Shown one piece after another: positions 9,032-18,487 of a stretch of DNA of 64,000 nt. This stretch comes from Thermoplasmata archaeon (lineage in GTDB: Archaea; Thermoplasmatota; Thermoplasmata; GCA-020350865): the NCBI GenBank assembly GCA_020348445.1, contig CP070751.1, forward strand, positions 3,436,248 to 3,500,247. The letters run 5' to 3'. The notes under the pieces are model-generated. The model did not search any database. It saw only the letters and a program-made list of their open reading frames with translations, and was not told the origin of the DNA. Each line of letters starts with the position of its first letter. Within the stretch, counting starts at the first letter, position 1. Made by a program: the position numbers and the translations under genes.

Positions 9032-9297
9032 ATTTATGACTATTTAAGGTTTTCTATGAAGGAATTTTTAATTAAAAATTTTCAATATAATAGATAATAT
9101 ACATATTTAATTAAAGAAATGCAAAGTAAGCCATATAAATCCTCCAAAAGATTTAATATTTACAAAAACAGTATAGGAGCCCGTAAATCCTAAAATAGTG
9201 CAAAGAATCGCCTTTAATAAAGGTCAAGTGTTGGAGAAAAATCGATATTGAATTCATTCAATTTAGATTTTCACACAGTTTCATACTCATTTTAGGA

Positions 9298-9576
9298 TTG
9301 CAGGAAGTGTGTATGAAGATGCAGCATGATAGATATGGGATGGATTCTATGAGAGTACCCCCGGTTAAAGAGGGGAACACCTATAAGGTGAAAATCGAAA
9401 GCTTAGGTAGGGAAGGTGATGGAATAGCAAAGGTAGATGGCTTCGTGGTTTTCATCCCTGGAACCCAAGTTGGAGAAGAATTGGATGTGAGAATCAATAA
9501 AGTCACAAGAAGAGTAGCCTTCGGAGAGAAGATTGCTGAAGAGCAAATCACCGAGGATGAGAGCTCAACTGAATAA
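9298..9576 (+). CDS. Single TRAM-domain protein (archaeal RNA-binding/chaperone type)
   Basis: PPVKEG.TY.V.IESLGREGDGIAKVDGFVVFIPG; true start probably one of the downstream ATGs. Confidence 0.9.
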   Translation: MQEVCMKMQHDRYGMDSMRVPPVKEGNTYKVKIESLGREGDGIAKVDGFVVFIPGTQVGEELDVRINKVTRRVAFGEKIAEEQITEDESSTE

Positions 9577-9582
9577 TGATTA

Positions 9583-9849
9583 TTAAAACTCCGTAATCTC
9601 CTCCCTCGCCATGGCAACCCGCTTAGGGAAGTATTTTAGAATCACAACGTCTCCGATTGCCTGTATCCATCTATATGGAATATTGATGCTTCTTGATCCC
9701 TCCACAAGCAATGGATGTGTTTCTCTTAAGAATATTCCATTTACAATGCAATCATCCATATCCATGACCAGATTATCCACGTTACCGAGGTAAATTCCTT
9801 CAGGTGTATACACCTGCATACCGATGATTTCTGAGGCCTCCTCAAGCAT
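9583..9849 (-). CDS. PRC-barrel domain protein
   Basis: SEIIGMQVYT.EG.YLG.VDNLV...IPYRWIQAIGDVVIL. Confidence 0.88.
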   Translation of the reverse strand: MLEEASEIIGMQVYTPEGIYLGNVDNLVMDMDDCIVNGIFLRETHPLLVEGSRSINIPYRWIQAIGDVVILKYFPKRVAMAREEITEF

Positions 9850-10014
9850 ATTTTATCCACCTAAGGTTTTTTCCCCTATGGTCTTACAGGTTAATGAACC
9901 CTTCGGTAATTTCGAATTTTGCTGCAAATGTGTATAATGCCAGCCCTAGAGAAAAATATAAGTACTTCTGAGATGGTGACTTTTAAATGTACATTGCAAA
10001 TGGTGAGATTGCTC

Positions 10015-11157
10015 ATGGATGGCCCCTATCCTTATCCACCCGAAGAGGATGTCGATGGAGTTACAACCATCCCACCAAGGGGAGAAGGTTGGGAATCTGA
10101 CCAAATACCACAGAAGAGACTTTTTAATATCGGCAAATTGCAGATTGCAGGCATCCTACTCATAATAGTCTTTATTTGGGGACTGGTATCTGCCATCGCA
10201 ATCTCCATGTTCGAAATCCATGTCCTTGCGTTAACAGAGTTTGAGGACGATGGCAAGGGGGATATTTATGGATATGTATACGATGAAGAGGGTTACGCTC
10301 TTACAGATGTAACCATTGCTATACACGGTAGTCAACACTTCACAAAAACCAATGAAGAGGGATTCTTTTCAATTGAAAATGTGAAGGAAGGGGATTATAA
10401 AATCGAGGCTTCAAAGGAAGGTTACCAAAACGTGACAAAACGTGTATCCATTGAGTCTCATACACCTTTGATGGTGAGATTTACCCTCAAAGAAGGTGGA
10501 TTTGATATAACGGAAGATGAGCGATACGGCTCAAATCTTTCCGATTTAAGGCATTTGAATTATGCCACCGCGGTTTTCATAGTTGTATACGGCTCTTTTG
10601 CACTGTTGGGAGGAATCCTCGCCTACCTTCAAAGGCTTTACTGGCTTACCATGTTCGGAGCACTTTGCGGGATCGTTTCCGGTATTTTTTCAATTGGTAT
10701 TATCATCGCACCCATACTGAGCATCATCGCATTGTATTATATAGTCAATAACAAAGATGAGTTCCCAACTTCAGATGCTTCTTTCTTGGAGCGCCTCTTT
10801 GGTGTCCGTCGAGCAGAGACGAGACCTGTAGGTGTACAAAGACCAGTTCCCAAGAAATTATTATTACATAAAGCCCACACACGACCAAGGGCTTCTGGGA
10901 TGTCAAAAGCCCCTGCATACACCGATTATCAACCCCCTCCTCCGCCACCACCTCCTTCTCTGACTCGATCGAGAGACGAAGTACCCCCGTCTTTAGATTA
11001 TCCTCCAGAAATGGACATACCGCCCTTTAAATGCAGAGCCTGTGGAGGTGTTGTAAAAACCGAAGCGCAGGGAATAGTATGCCAATGTGGTGCAAATTAT
11101 CATAAATTCTGCGCAGGCTCCATCTCAAGATGTAAAAGTTGCGGTGCTCCACTTTAG
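10015..11157 (+). CDS. Membrane protein with carboxypeptidase-regulatory-like beta domain, Pro-rich region and C-terminal Cys-rich zinc finger
   Basis: GYVYDEEGYALTDVTI...TNEEGFFSIENVKEGDYKIEASKEGY; TM helices; PPPPPPP; CRAC..C.C..HKFC..CKSC; likely start ATG 10015 (ORF from 9919). Confidence 0.8.
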   Translation: MDGPYPYPPEEDVDGVTTIPPRGEGWESDQIPQKRLFNIGKLQIAGILLIIVFIWGLVSAIAISMFEIHVLALTEFEDDGKGDIYGYVYDEEGYALTDVTIAIHGSQHFTKTNEEGFFSIENVKEGDYKIEASKEGYQNVTKRVSIESHTPLMVRFTLKEGGFDITEDERYGSNLSDLRHLNYATAVFIVVYGSFALLGGILAYLQRLYWLTMFGALCGIVSGIFSIGIIIAPILSIIALYYIVNNKDEFPTSDASFLERLFGVRRAETRPVGVQRPVPKKLLLHKAHTRPRASGMSKAPAYTDYQPPPPPPPPSLTRSRDEVPPSLDYPPEMDIPPFKCRACGGVVKTEAQGIVCQCGANYHKFCAGSISRCKSCGAPL

Positions 11158-11201
11158 AATTATATATTATTTTTATATTAACTAATAGGCCAGATTTGGA
11201 T

Positions 11202-11603
11202 TCAAATATATTCTGCCCTTTCTTTGAACCTGGCCCTTGCACCAAGCACACAGAATAGAATGTTCGAAGCGTATGGAATACAAATCAGAAAAATTTCCCA
11301 TCCGCCGATTGTTATATCGTAGCTAAATGGAAGTGCAGCCATAACTATCAATATGAACAGAAGGATAAAAATCGTGGACCAAATCACTCCAGCTAACAGG
11401 CCTACCTTTCTCCAATCAACTGAGTAGTTACCACCCCGATAACCTGCTACATATGCACCAAGAGTGATTGCGATCATAAAACCTATCAACGGGATGAATA
11501 TGAAAAGGGAAAAGAGAGCCATGTAGCCGATTGTGATGAGAAGGGCCTTGATAAAATTCTCCTCAGGTTCATCCGCCGCAATGGCTGCCATCATGGATAC
11601 CAA
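11202..11603 (-). CDS. Small integral membrane protein
   Basis: Four hydrophobic segments, GxxxG-rich. Confidence 0.75.
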   Translation of the reverse strand: MVSMMAAIAADEPEENFIKALLITIGYMALFSLFIFIPLIGFMIAITLGAYVAGYRGGNYSVDWRKVGLLAGVIWSTIFILLFILIVMAALPFSYDITIGGWEIFLICIPYASNILFCVLGARARFKERAEYI

Positions 11604-11648
11604 TTACGGGGAGAGCATCTGATGGTATAAGTTTTATGGTAAATATAT

Positions 11649-12788
11649 TCATTTCAGAAGGCTTGATGCGATAACCAGTCTCTGTATCTCTGAGGTACCT
11701 TCGTATATTTCTGTAACCTTGGCATCCCTGAAAAACCTCTCCACAGGATAATCCTTGATATAACCGTATCCACCATGAATCTGGAGCGCTTTTATGGTTG
11801 AGTTTCTGGCAACATAGGAGGCATAGAGCTTCGCCATGGCCGCCTCCTTTGAAAAATCAACGCCTTTATCCTTTAAAAAGGCAGCTTGATAGGTAAGCAT
11901 TCTTGCGGCCTCAATCTCGCAGGCCATGTTTGAGATCATCCATTGCACCGCCTGGAACTTGGCAATGGGACGCCCAAACTGCTCCCTTTCCTTTGCATAT
12001 TTTATACTCTCATCCAAGGCGGCCTCAGCAATTCCCAAGGCCTGGGCTGCGATTCCGACTCTTCCTCCATCAAGAGCCTTCATTGCTATGGTAAAGCCCA
12101 TACCCTCAGAACCCAGGAGGTTTTCCTTGGGCACCTTGCAGTTCTCGAATACCAATTCACTGGTATCAGAGCCTATCATACCCATGGTCTTCTCCTTGGA
12201 ACCTATGGTAAAACCCTCTGTATCCTTCTCCACGATGAGGGCAGAAATGCCCCGATGACGTTTGCTCTTATCTGTCATTGCCATTACCACGACAGAACCT
12301 GCCACACCTCCATTTGTTATAAAAATCTTGCTTCCGTTTAAGATGTAATTATCACCTTTTTTAACTGCCGTGGTTTGAACAGATGCTGCATCTGAACCTG
12401 CTCCAGGCTCGGTAAGGGCGAAGGCACCTATTCTTTCGCCTTTGGCCAAGGGAACAACGAATTTCTCCTTTTGCTCCTTTGTGCCAAAAATGTAAATCGG
12501 GTATGTTCCAACAGAAGTATGAACTGAGACTATCACTGCTGTTGATGCGCATCTTTTTGCGATCTCCTCAATAGCAATGGCATAGCTTATTGTGTCAACT
12601 CCTGCACCACCGTATTCAGTTGGTATCGGAAGACCCATGAGGTTTAATTCAGCCATTTTTTTAATGGTCTGCCAAGGAAATTCACCTGTCTCATCGATCT
12701 CTTTTGCAAGGGGTTTTATTTCCTTTTCTGCGAACTCCGAAACCATGTTTCTTATCATTTCCTGTTCCTTTGTGGGACGAAAATCCAT
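11649..12788 (-). CDS. Acyl-CoA dehydrogenase (butyryl/short-chain type)
   Basis: GAFALTEPGAGSDA, LNGSKIFITNG, ALDGGRVGIAAQALG, REQFGRPI, RDAKVTEIYEGTSEIQR. Confidence 0.95.
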   Translation of the reverse strand: MDFRPTKEQEMIRNMVSEFAEKEIKPLAKEIDETGEFPWQTIKKMAELNLMGLPIPTEYGGAGVDTISYAIAIEEIAKRCASTAVIVSVHTSVGTYPIYIFGTKEQKEKFVVPLAKGERIGAFALTEPGAGSDAASVQTTAVKKGDNYILNGSKIFITNGGVAGSVVVMAMTDKSKRHRGISALIVEKDTEGFTIGSKEKTMGMIGSDTSELVFENCKVPKENLLGSEGMGFTIAMKALDGGRVGIAAQALGIAEAALDESIKYAKEREQFGRPIAKFQAVQWMISNMACEIEAARMLTYQAAFLKDKGVDFSKEAAMAKLYASYVARNSTIKALQIHGGYGYIKDYPVERFFRDAKVTEIYEGTSEIQRLVIASSLLK

Positions 12789-12933
12789 GGTGCATCACAA
12801 ACTCTCAGTAAAATGTTCTTAGCGCTTATATAAGTTTTTGATTAAAGGAGCCAATAAAGGCCACTGTTGTGATTTAAGGCAAGCAAATTATGTAGACAGA
12901 TATCCGTGTTAGAAGAGTAGATATATTGTGCTC

Positions 12934-13170
12934 TTATGGCTTCATAAGAGCGCTTATAAGACGTGAGACCTTTGAGGGATTTACTGATTTCTTCATATCC
13001 CTTGCCAAGGCATCGTAATATGCTACCTGCTCTCTTATTATATCTAATTCTTCCTGTTTTGCCTGCCTTTCGCCCTTTGGAGTGGTCTTTATCTCCCTTA
13101 GAACCTCTTCCTCCCTCTCCCTCCAACGCTCTCTTTCCTCAAGAGCAAGAAGTATCTTTTCTGTGTCCAT
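12934..13170 (-). CDS. Small helical hypothetical protein
   Basis: ORF 12934..13191; likely start MDTEK at 13170 after a GGAGG/GGTAA-like site; charged amphipathic helices. Confidence 0.6.
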   Translation of the reverse strand: MDTEKILLALEERERWREREEEVLREIKTTPKGERQAKQEELDIIREQVAYYDALARDMKKSVNPSKVSRLISALMKP

Positions 13171-13335
13171 GCCCTTTACCTCTTTCCGCAAACATTATCC
13201 TATGGAAAAAGCAACATTCTTAATACCTTATAAAGTTTTTGTTTTAGGGTCCTTTTAGGTTGATTTCAGGGATTTTGAAGGATTATCTATGGACATTAAA
13301 CAAAACATATAATCTTCAAAACCTATCCACATCCA

Positions 13336-15468
13336 ATGAATGTCGAGGATCTTGAAATTGACGCGCAAATCATCCATATCCTTAAGAGCCAGGGTATTAC
13401 AGAGCTGTACCCTCCACAGGAGGAGGCAATTGAATATGCTCTGCAGGGCATGAACCTTGTATTGGCAGTGCCCACAGCCTCTGGAAAATCCCTTGTGGCT
13501 TATCTTGCAGTTTTGAAATGGGCCATGCAGGGACATAAGGTCCTTTATATTGTGCCGCTGCGGGCTCTTGCATCAGAAAAATACGAGGACCTAAAGGAAT
13601 TTGAGGTTCTTGGTGTTAAAATAGGCATTTCAATGGGAGACTACGATATTCCTGATCCAACATTAAGGAGATTTGATATTCTTGTTGCAACATCTGAAAA
13701 GGCTGATTCACTACTTAGGCATAAGGTGGATTGGTTAAATAAACTAAAATTAATAGTTGCTGACGAGGTTCATTTAATCAATGATTCTTCCAGGGGACCC
13801 ACTCTGGAGGTTATACTTGCCAGGTTCAAGCAGATAAATCCCGACGCCCAGATCATAGCCCTTTCAGCAACCATTAAGAATTCATCTGAGTTGGCAGATT
13901 GGCTTGAGGCTGTACATATAAAAAGTGATTGGAGACCTGTTCCCCTCAAAGAGGGGATTTTTATGAAAAACGAGATACAGTATACAGATAACTCCATTCA
14001 AGAAATAGACCCTGAAGGAGAGGATGTGCATTCCCTTATTCTCGATTGCGTGAAAGACAACTACCAGTGCTTGGTTTTCGTTAACAACCGCAAATCTACT
14101 GAGAGCTTGGCAGGTAAAGTTGGGAAGAAGATAGCCAAAATCTTAGATGAGAAGGAACTAAAAGCATTAGATGATGTCTCTCTTGAGATCCTTGAAAGAC
14201 AAAGTGAGCCCACCATCATCGGAAAAAGGCTCGCCTCTTACATCAAAAACGGTGCTGCTTTTCATAATGCTGGCCTCACAAATCAGCAGAGAAAAAGTGT
14301 GGAGTCGGCATTTAAAAACGGACACATAAGATGCATCGTGGCCACACCAACTTTGGCAGCGGGAATCAACCTGCCTGCAAGAAGGGTTATTATACGGGAT
14401 TACAAGCGGTATGAAGCCAACTACGGGAGCATACCCATACCGAATCTTGAAATAAAGCAGATGTCGGGAAGGGCTGGAAGGCCCCAGTACGATGACGTGG
14501 GCGAGGCTGTACTCATGGCCAAATCAGAAAAGGAGAAGGACTTCCTTTTGGAAAATTACCTGCTAAGCGATACAGAAGCAATAACCTCGAAACTTGGAAC
14601 AGAACCTGCCCTTAGAAATCATCTTCTGGCTCTAATTGCGTCAGAGATTGCGGAAACTGAAGAGGAGATCGACAGGTTCATCCAAGGTACTTTCTTCGCC
14701 CATCTTGAGGATATCTGGACGATTTCGGGAAGGATCCAGTCTACCCTGATATTCCTTGTGGAAAATGATCTGGTTCAGTACGATGATAGATATCGTGCAA
14801 CAAGATTTGGTAAAAAGACATCTTCACTTTATATCGACCCTCTTTCTGCAGTGCGGTTAAGAGCGGCAATAGAGAATGTTGCCCAGGGAAAAGTTCTGGA
14901 ATTGGCCATTCTTCACGCTGTTTCTGCAACACCTGATATGATAAAACTGTATCTGGGAAGAGGGGACTATCCCTGGGTCTCTGCTAAGGTAATGGAGCAT
15001 GAGAAGGATTTCCTCTTGCTTGTGCCAAAAGACGAAAATGAATTTGATTTTTTCTTAGCTGAGGTTAAGACAGCCTCACTTCTGGAGGCCTGGATTTCCG
15101 AGGTTCCCGAGGATGAGATCGTGAGGAAGTTCAACGTGGGCCCAGGGGACATCAGAAACAAGGTGGAAACTGCTGAATGGATAACCTACTCTATGCTTGA
15201 GCTTGCCAGATTGTTTAAATGCCCGCATCTGCAAACAATGGAGGAGCTCGTCACGAGATTAAGATACGGAGTAAAGAGGGACCTGATGCCCCTTATTCAA
15301 CTGGAGCAGGTCGGTAGGGTGAGGGCTAGGGCATTATACGGTGCGGGATTTCATAAATTGGAGGATCTGAGAGGAGTCCCAGTGGGGAGACTGGCCACGA
15401 TTCCCACTATTGGACCAAAGATCGCAGAGAATATAGTTGAGCAGCTCGAGAAAGGAAGACTGGTTTGA
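13336..15468 (+). CDS. hel308: Ski2-like SF2 DNA helicase Hel308
   Basis: PTASGKS, DEVH, ALSAT, ATPTLAAGINLPA, QMSGRAGRP, C-terminal HhH with RARALY. Confidence 0.95.
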   Translation: MNVEDLEIDAQIIHILKSQGITELYPPQEEAIEYALQGMNLVLAVPTASGKSLVAYLAVLKWAMQGHKVLYIVPLRALASEKYEDLKEFEVLGVKIGISMGDYDIPDPTLRRFDILVATSEKADSLLRHKVDWLNKLKLIVADEVHLINDSSRGPTLEVILARFKQINPDAQIIALSATIKNSSELADWLEAVHIKSDWRPVPLKEGIFMKNEIQYTDNSIQEIDPEGEDVHSLILDCVKDNYQCLVFVNNRKSTESLAGKVGKKIAKILDEKELKALDDVSLEILERQSEPTIIGKRLASYIKNGAAFHNAGLTNQQRKSVESAFKNGHIRCIVATPTLAAGINLPARRVIIRDYKRYEANYGSIPIPNLEIKQMSGRAGRPQYDDVGEAVLMAKSEKEKDFLLENYLLSDTEAITSKLGTEPALRNHLLALIASEIAETEEEIDRFIQGTFFAHLEDIWTISGRIQSTLIFLVENDLVQYDDRYRATRFGKKTSSLYIDPLSAVRLRAAIENVAQGKVLELAILHAVSATPDMIKLYLGRGDYPWVSAKVMEHEKDFLLLVPKDENEFDFFLAEVKTASLLEAWISEVPEDEIVRKFNVGPGDIRNKVETAEWITYSMLELARLFKCPHLQTMEELVTRLRYGVKRDLMPLIQLEQVGRVRARALYGAGFHKLEDLRGVPVGRLATIPTIGPKIAENIVEQLEKGRLV

Positions 15469-15480
15469 ATTAGTAGAATG

Positions 15481-15513
15481 AGTGCATCAGCTTTGATGTA
15501 CTTTTCTTTATTT
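15481..15513 (+). terminator. Hairpin plus T-rich tract after hel308
   Basis: AGTGCATCA-GCTT-TGATGTACT (one G-T pair) followed by TTTCTTTATTT. Confidence 0.55.
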
Positions 15514-15534
15514 GGTCGTAAAATTAGGGTGGGA

Positions 15535-15635
15535 GTCCTGAGGTTTAAGACTTGAACGTTTTACAGTATAACCGAGGGATAAAGTGTTCCTTATATCTCT
15601 TTTAAAAAGAAATTAAGAGGAACATGATAGAGAGG
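15535..15635 (+). ncRNA. Copy C (divergent) of an unassigned two-hairpin intergenic repeat element
   Basis: Same 9+28+9 first hairpin spacing, conserved GGYTTAAGA/TTTA/ATAACC motifs and second 9-bp stem as copies at 37280 and 50549, with compensatory changes. Confidence 0.6.
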
Positions 15636-15699
15636 TAGGTTGACACTTTTAAAAAACTGAAAAACTATAAATACACTTCAAAACCTAAATCCCAATCAT

Positions 15700-15933
15700 A
15701 TGTTCGAAGGAGTACATAGAGAAAAAACAGCTGTAATTCTCGTTTGTTTTGCCTTGTTGATACTTTTTTCTTATCTTGCTGGCCAAGCATATATCATATT
15801 CTTAAGACCCAGTTTCGGCCTCAGATACGCCAACCCATTCTTCATGATTTCTTTTTCAATAATATTCTTTTCACTGGTATATGTCTACCATAGTTGGATT
15901 ACCAGGATTGAGGGGGAAGAGAAGGACTCTTAA
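15700..15933 (+). CDS. Small two-TM membrane protein
   Basis: Two hydrophobic helices; CTATAAATA box ~28 nt upstream of ATG. Confidence 0.55.
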   Translation: MFEGVHREKTAVILVCFALLILFSYLAGQAYIIFLRPSFGLRYANPFFMISFSIIFFSLVYVYHSWITRIEGEEKDS

Positions 15934-16039
15934 ATCCTATTTCCAAAATAAGTATTACGAGTATTATAAGTATGAAACATATATTAAATCCTTAAAAACG
16001 AGGGAATATGAAGGAAAATACCTCGATATCCTTTTTTTA

Positions 16040-16801
16040 TTACACCCTATTCTTCAAGTAAATCAACAATATAATCACGACTATTATAATTATAACTGCA
16101 ATAAGAATCAGGGGAAGAAGACATGCCCCATCATCCCCTTTATCGCCTCCACCATCTCCACCGTCGCCATCTTCACCATCTATAACTGGACTTATCTCTC
16201 CCGGATGCCCTGGAATCTCATATACATAATCTATAAATGTTCTGTTCCACTCTTCCTTCCATGTATATGCATCTATGTAGTAGTAAGTGATGTTGCTCAA
16301 ATATTTAATCTTCGAAATCTCCACCTTCAGAACCTCGCCATCGTCGGTTGTTGATGTATTAATTGTAATATCATCTTCTATAGTGCCATTCAAGTTCGTG
16401 ATTTTTGTGGTTCCATTTATAAATGTAATATTATAACCTGTAGAATTGTCTTGACTTGTAGAAATCCTGAACACATACTTTGTTTGATTGGAAATTTCTA
16501 TCTTATTTTTGCCTTTCAAATCCATTGTGAGAACCACATTACCCAAGGTATCGTTTTTAGATTCGAGCCATTTTATATCTAATTGATCTTGACCTTCTGC
16601 AAAACCCACATTGCTCCAAGTCTCATTGAATTCTATCACATCCCCTGCGGGATCCTGATAAGGGGGCAAATCAAAATTCACCTCACCAACCACACAGTTT
16701 AACATCATAAATATTGTTAGAAGGGATACCATGAAACCTGGACCGATATTATTCAATTTTCTCTTGGATTTCGCACTCATCTTACCCTTTATATGAATCA
16801 A
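16040..16801 (-). CDS. Secreted protein with C-terminal TM anchor
   Basis: Signal-like hydrophobic stretch, DPAGDV/QDQLDI beta domain, GD-rich linker, TM plus KNRV end. Confidence 0.8.
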   Translation of the reverse strand: MIHIKGKMSAKSKRKLNNIGPGFMVSLLTIFMMLNCVVGEVNFDLPPYQDPAGDVIEFNETWSNVGFAEGQDQLDIKWLESKNDTLGNVVLTMDLKGKNKIEISNQTKYVFRISTSQDNSTGYNITFINGTTKITNLNGTIEDDITINTSTTDDGEVLKVEISKIKYLSNITYYYIDAYTWKEEWNRTFIDYVYEIPGHPGEISPVIDGEDGDGGDGGGDKGDDGACLLPLILIAVIIIIVVIILLIYLKNRV

Positions 16802-16898
16802 AGCAACTCCTTATTATAACTTTGGTTGTTATTCGCAAAAATTTTAAGTATCAACATTCTAATAGGCCTCAATATGGTATGTAAAAGGGGATGTTGAT

Positions 16899-17153
16899 AT
16901 GGGTATCTTAGACAAGACAAAGGAAATCGGAAAGAAAGGCGTAGATGTTGGTGTTAAGGCCGGTAAAAAAGGTGTCGAGGTGGGAAAAAAGGGTGTAGAT
17001 AAGACAAAGGAGGCTGTTAGGACAAAAACATGTTCTGAATGCAAACATTACGAGCCAATTGATGAAAATAAAGGAAACTGTCCCATTGCAGGAGAAAGGC
17101 TTTCCACAGCCAATGTAAACGTATGTCCTCAACGAGCATTTGCTCCAAGATAG
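16899..17153 (+). CDS. Small protein: K/G/V amphipathic repeats plus Cys4 domain
   Basis: GKKGV x3, KTKE x2, CSECKHY..CP..C; GGGGATG SD-like site. Confidence 0.7.
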   Translation: MGILDKTKEIGKKGVDVGVKAGKKGVEVGKKGVDKTKEAVRTKTCSECKHYEPIDENKGNCPIAGERLSTANVNVCPQRAFAPR

Positions 17154-17247
17154 ACACAATATACCATGACACTTTTTCATTTTATTCAAGCCAGTATATT
17201 TTTTTCCAATCTACTTTTTTTCGAGGGAAAAAGAGCCAGTATCTTTA

Positions 17248-17685
17248 ATGGCAAAAAGCCCTTTCGAGACAAAATATAAATATAGTAGCTTAGATATATT
17301 ATTTCTCATGCGAAGAGAAGCCAGTAATTTCGCATTCAATATGAGGGACCGCGAAATAATCGATCTGATGAACTCAATTGGAGTCAACAAGAATATATCG
17401 AAGGTAGTGGTTTTTCTCGATAGGACAGGCGAGGCCAAATCCCGTACTATAGAGGATTCAGTTGACCTGAGACAATCCGAGGTCTCCATCATTACGACAT
17501 GGCTTAGAAGCAAAGGGTGGGTGACCTTTCGAACCATCAAGAAAAAAGGGAAGGGTAGACCAACAAACATGTTCAAAATGCGATACTCGCTAGGCAGGAT
17601 AGTCAAGGAGATCGAAGCAGAGAAGATAACCGAAATGGAGGATATTAAAAAGAGGATAAATCATTTAAAGCGGCTTGCTAAATAA
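17248..17685 (+). CDS. Winged-helix (TrmB/ArsR-like) transcriptional regulator
   Basis: SRTIEDSVDLRQSEVSIITTWLRSKGWV..KKKGKGRP. Confidence 0.82.
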   Translation: MAKSPFETKYKYSSLDILFLMRREASNFAFNMRDREIIDLMNSIGVNKNISKVVVFLDRTGEAKSRTIEDSVDLRQSEVSIITTWLRSKGWVTFRTIKKKGKGRPTNMFKMRYSLGRIVKEIEAEKITEMEDIKKRINHLKRLAK

Positions 17686-18339
17686 TTTTCCTCCGTCCTC
17701 AGTGCCGATTATTACGATGTCTGCGATACCCAGAAACAGACCATTCTCCATAACCCCAGGGATGTTGTTGATTTCAGATTCCAGGTTCTCTGGATTACCG
17801 ATTTTTTCGAATGAGCAGTCCACGATATAGTTGTTGTTATCACTTAGATAGGGTGCGCCTTCTTTTAACCTGAGCTTTGCTTCGCAGCCGAGCTTTTTCA
17901 ATTCATTTTGACAGTTTTTCCATCCAAAGGAAGCAACTTCAACAGGCAGGGGTGATTTTGTTCCGAGAATGTCCACCATCTTCGATGGATCCACTACGAT
18001 GACCTCCATTTTTGTTGCACTTGCCACGATTTTCTCTCTGAGAAGTGCACCTCCCATACCTTTTATGAGATTCAGGTTTGGATCCACCTCATCTGCACCG
18101 TCGATTGTCACATCTATTTCTGGATGCTCCTCAAGAGTGGTGAGCCTTATGCCCGACTCCTTGGCGATCTTTTCAGTATGAATCGATGTGGGAATTCCTA
18201 TTATTTCGAATCCCTCTGCAACCATCATACCAAGTCTTTTGATGGTAAAATAGACTGTACTTCCCGTACCAAGGCCCACCACCATGCCGTCCTTCACATA
18301 TTCTACTGCTCTTTCTCCTGCAACCTGTTTAAGATCCAA
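17665..18339 (-). CDS. rpiA: Ribose-5-phosphate isomerase A
   Basis: VGLGTGST, DVTIDGADEVD, IKGMGGALLREKI, SDNNNYIVD, IPGVMENGLF. Confidence 0.97.
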   Translation of the reverse strand: MDLKQVAGERAVEYVKDGMVVGLGTGSTVYFTIKRLGMMVAEGFEIIGIPTSIHTEKIAKESGIRLTTLEEHPEIDVTIDGADEVDPNLNLIKGMGGALLREKIVASATKMEVIVVDPSKMVDILGTKSPLPVEVASFGWKNCQNELKKLGCEAKLRLKEGAPYLSDNNNYIVDCSFEKIGNPENLESEINNIPGVMENGLFLGIADIVIIGTEDGGKLFSKPL

Positions 18340-18487
18340 AATCTGCCCCCCATCTCTTTCGGTAATGGTTTTACTCGAACTTATAAATTGTCTTTGAATA
18401 TACTTTCAGGGAATATTGGTCATTTTAATAAAAAATTGGTTGATAACAATCTTTAAACTTATCAAAGGACATACCCGCCCCTCTTAG

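Noticed and set aside
17665-17685. 21-nt convergent overlap of the wHTH regulator and rpiA
   Set aside because: Short tail-to-tail overlaps are common in compact archaeal genomes.
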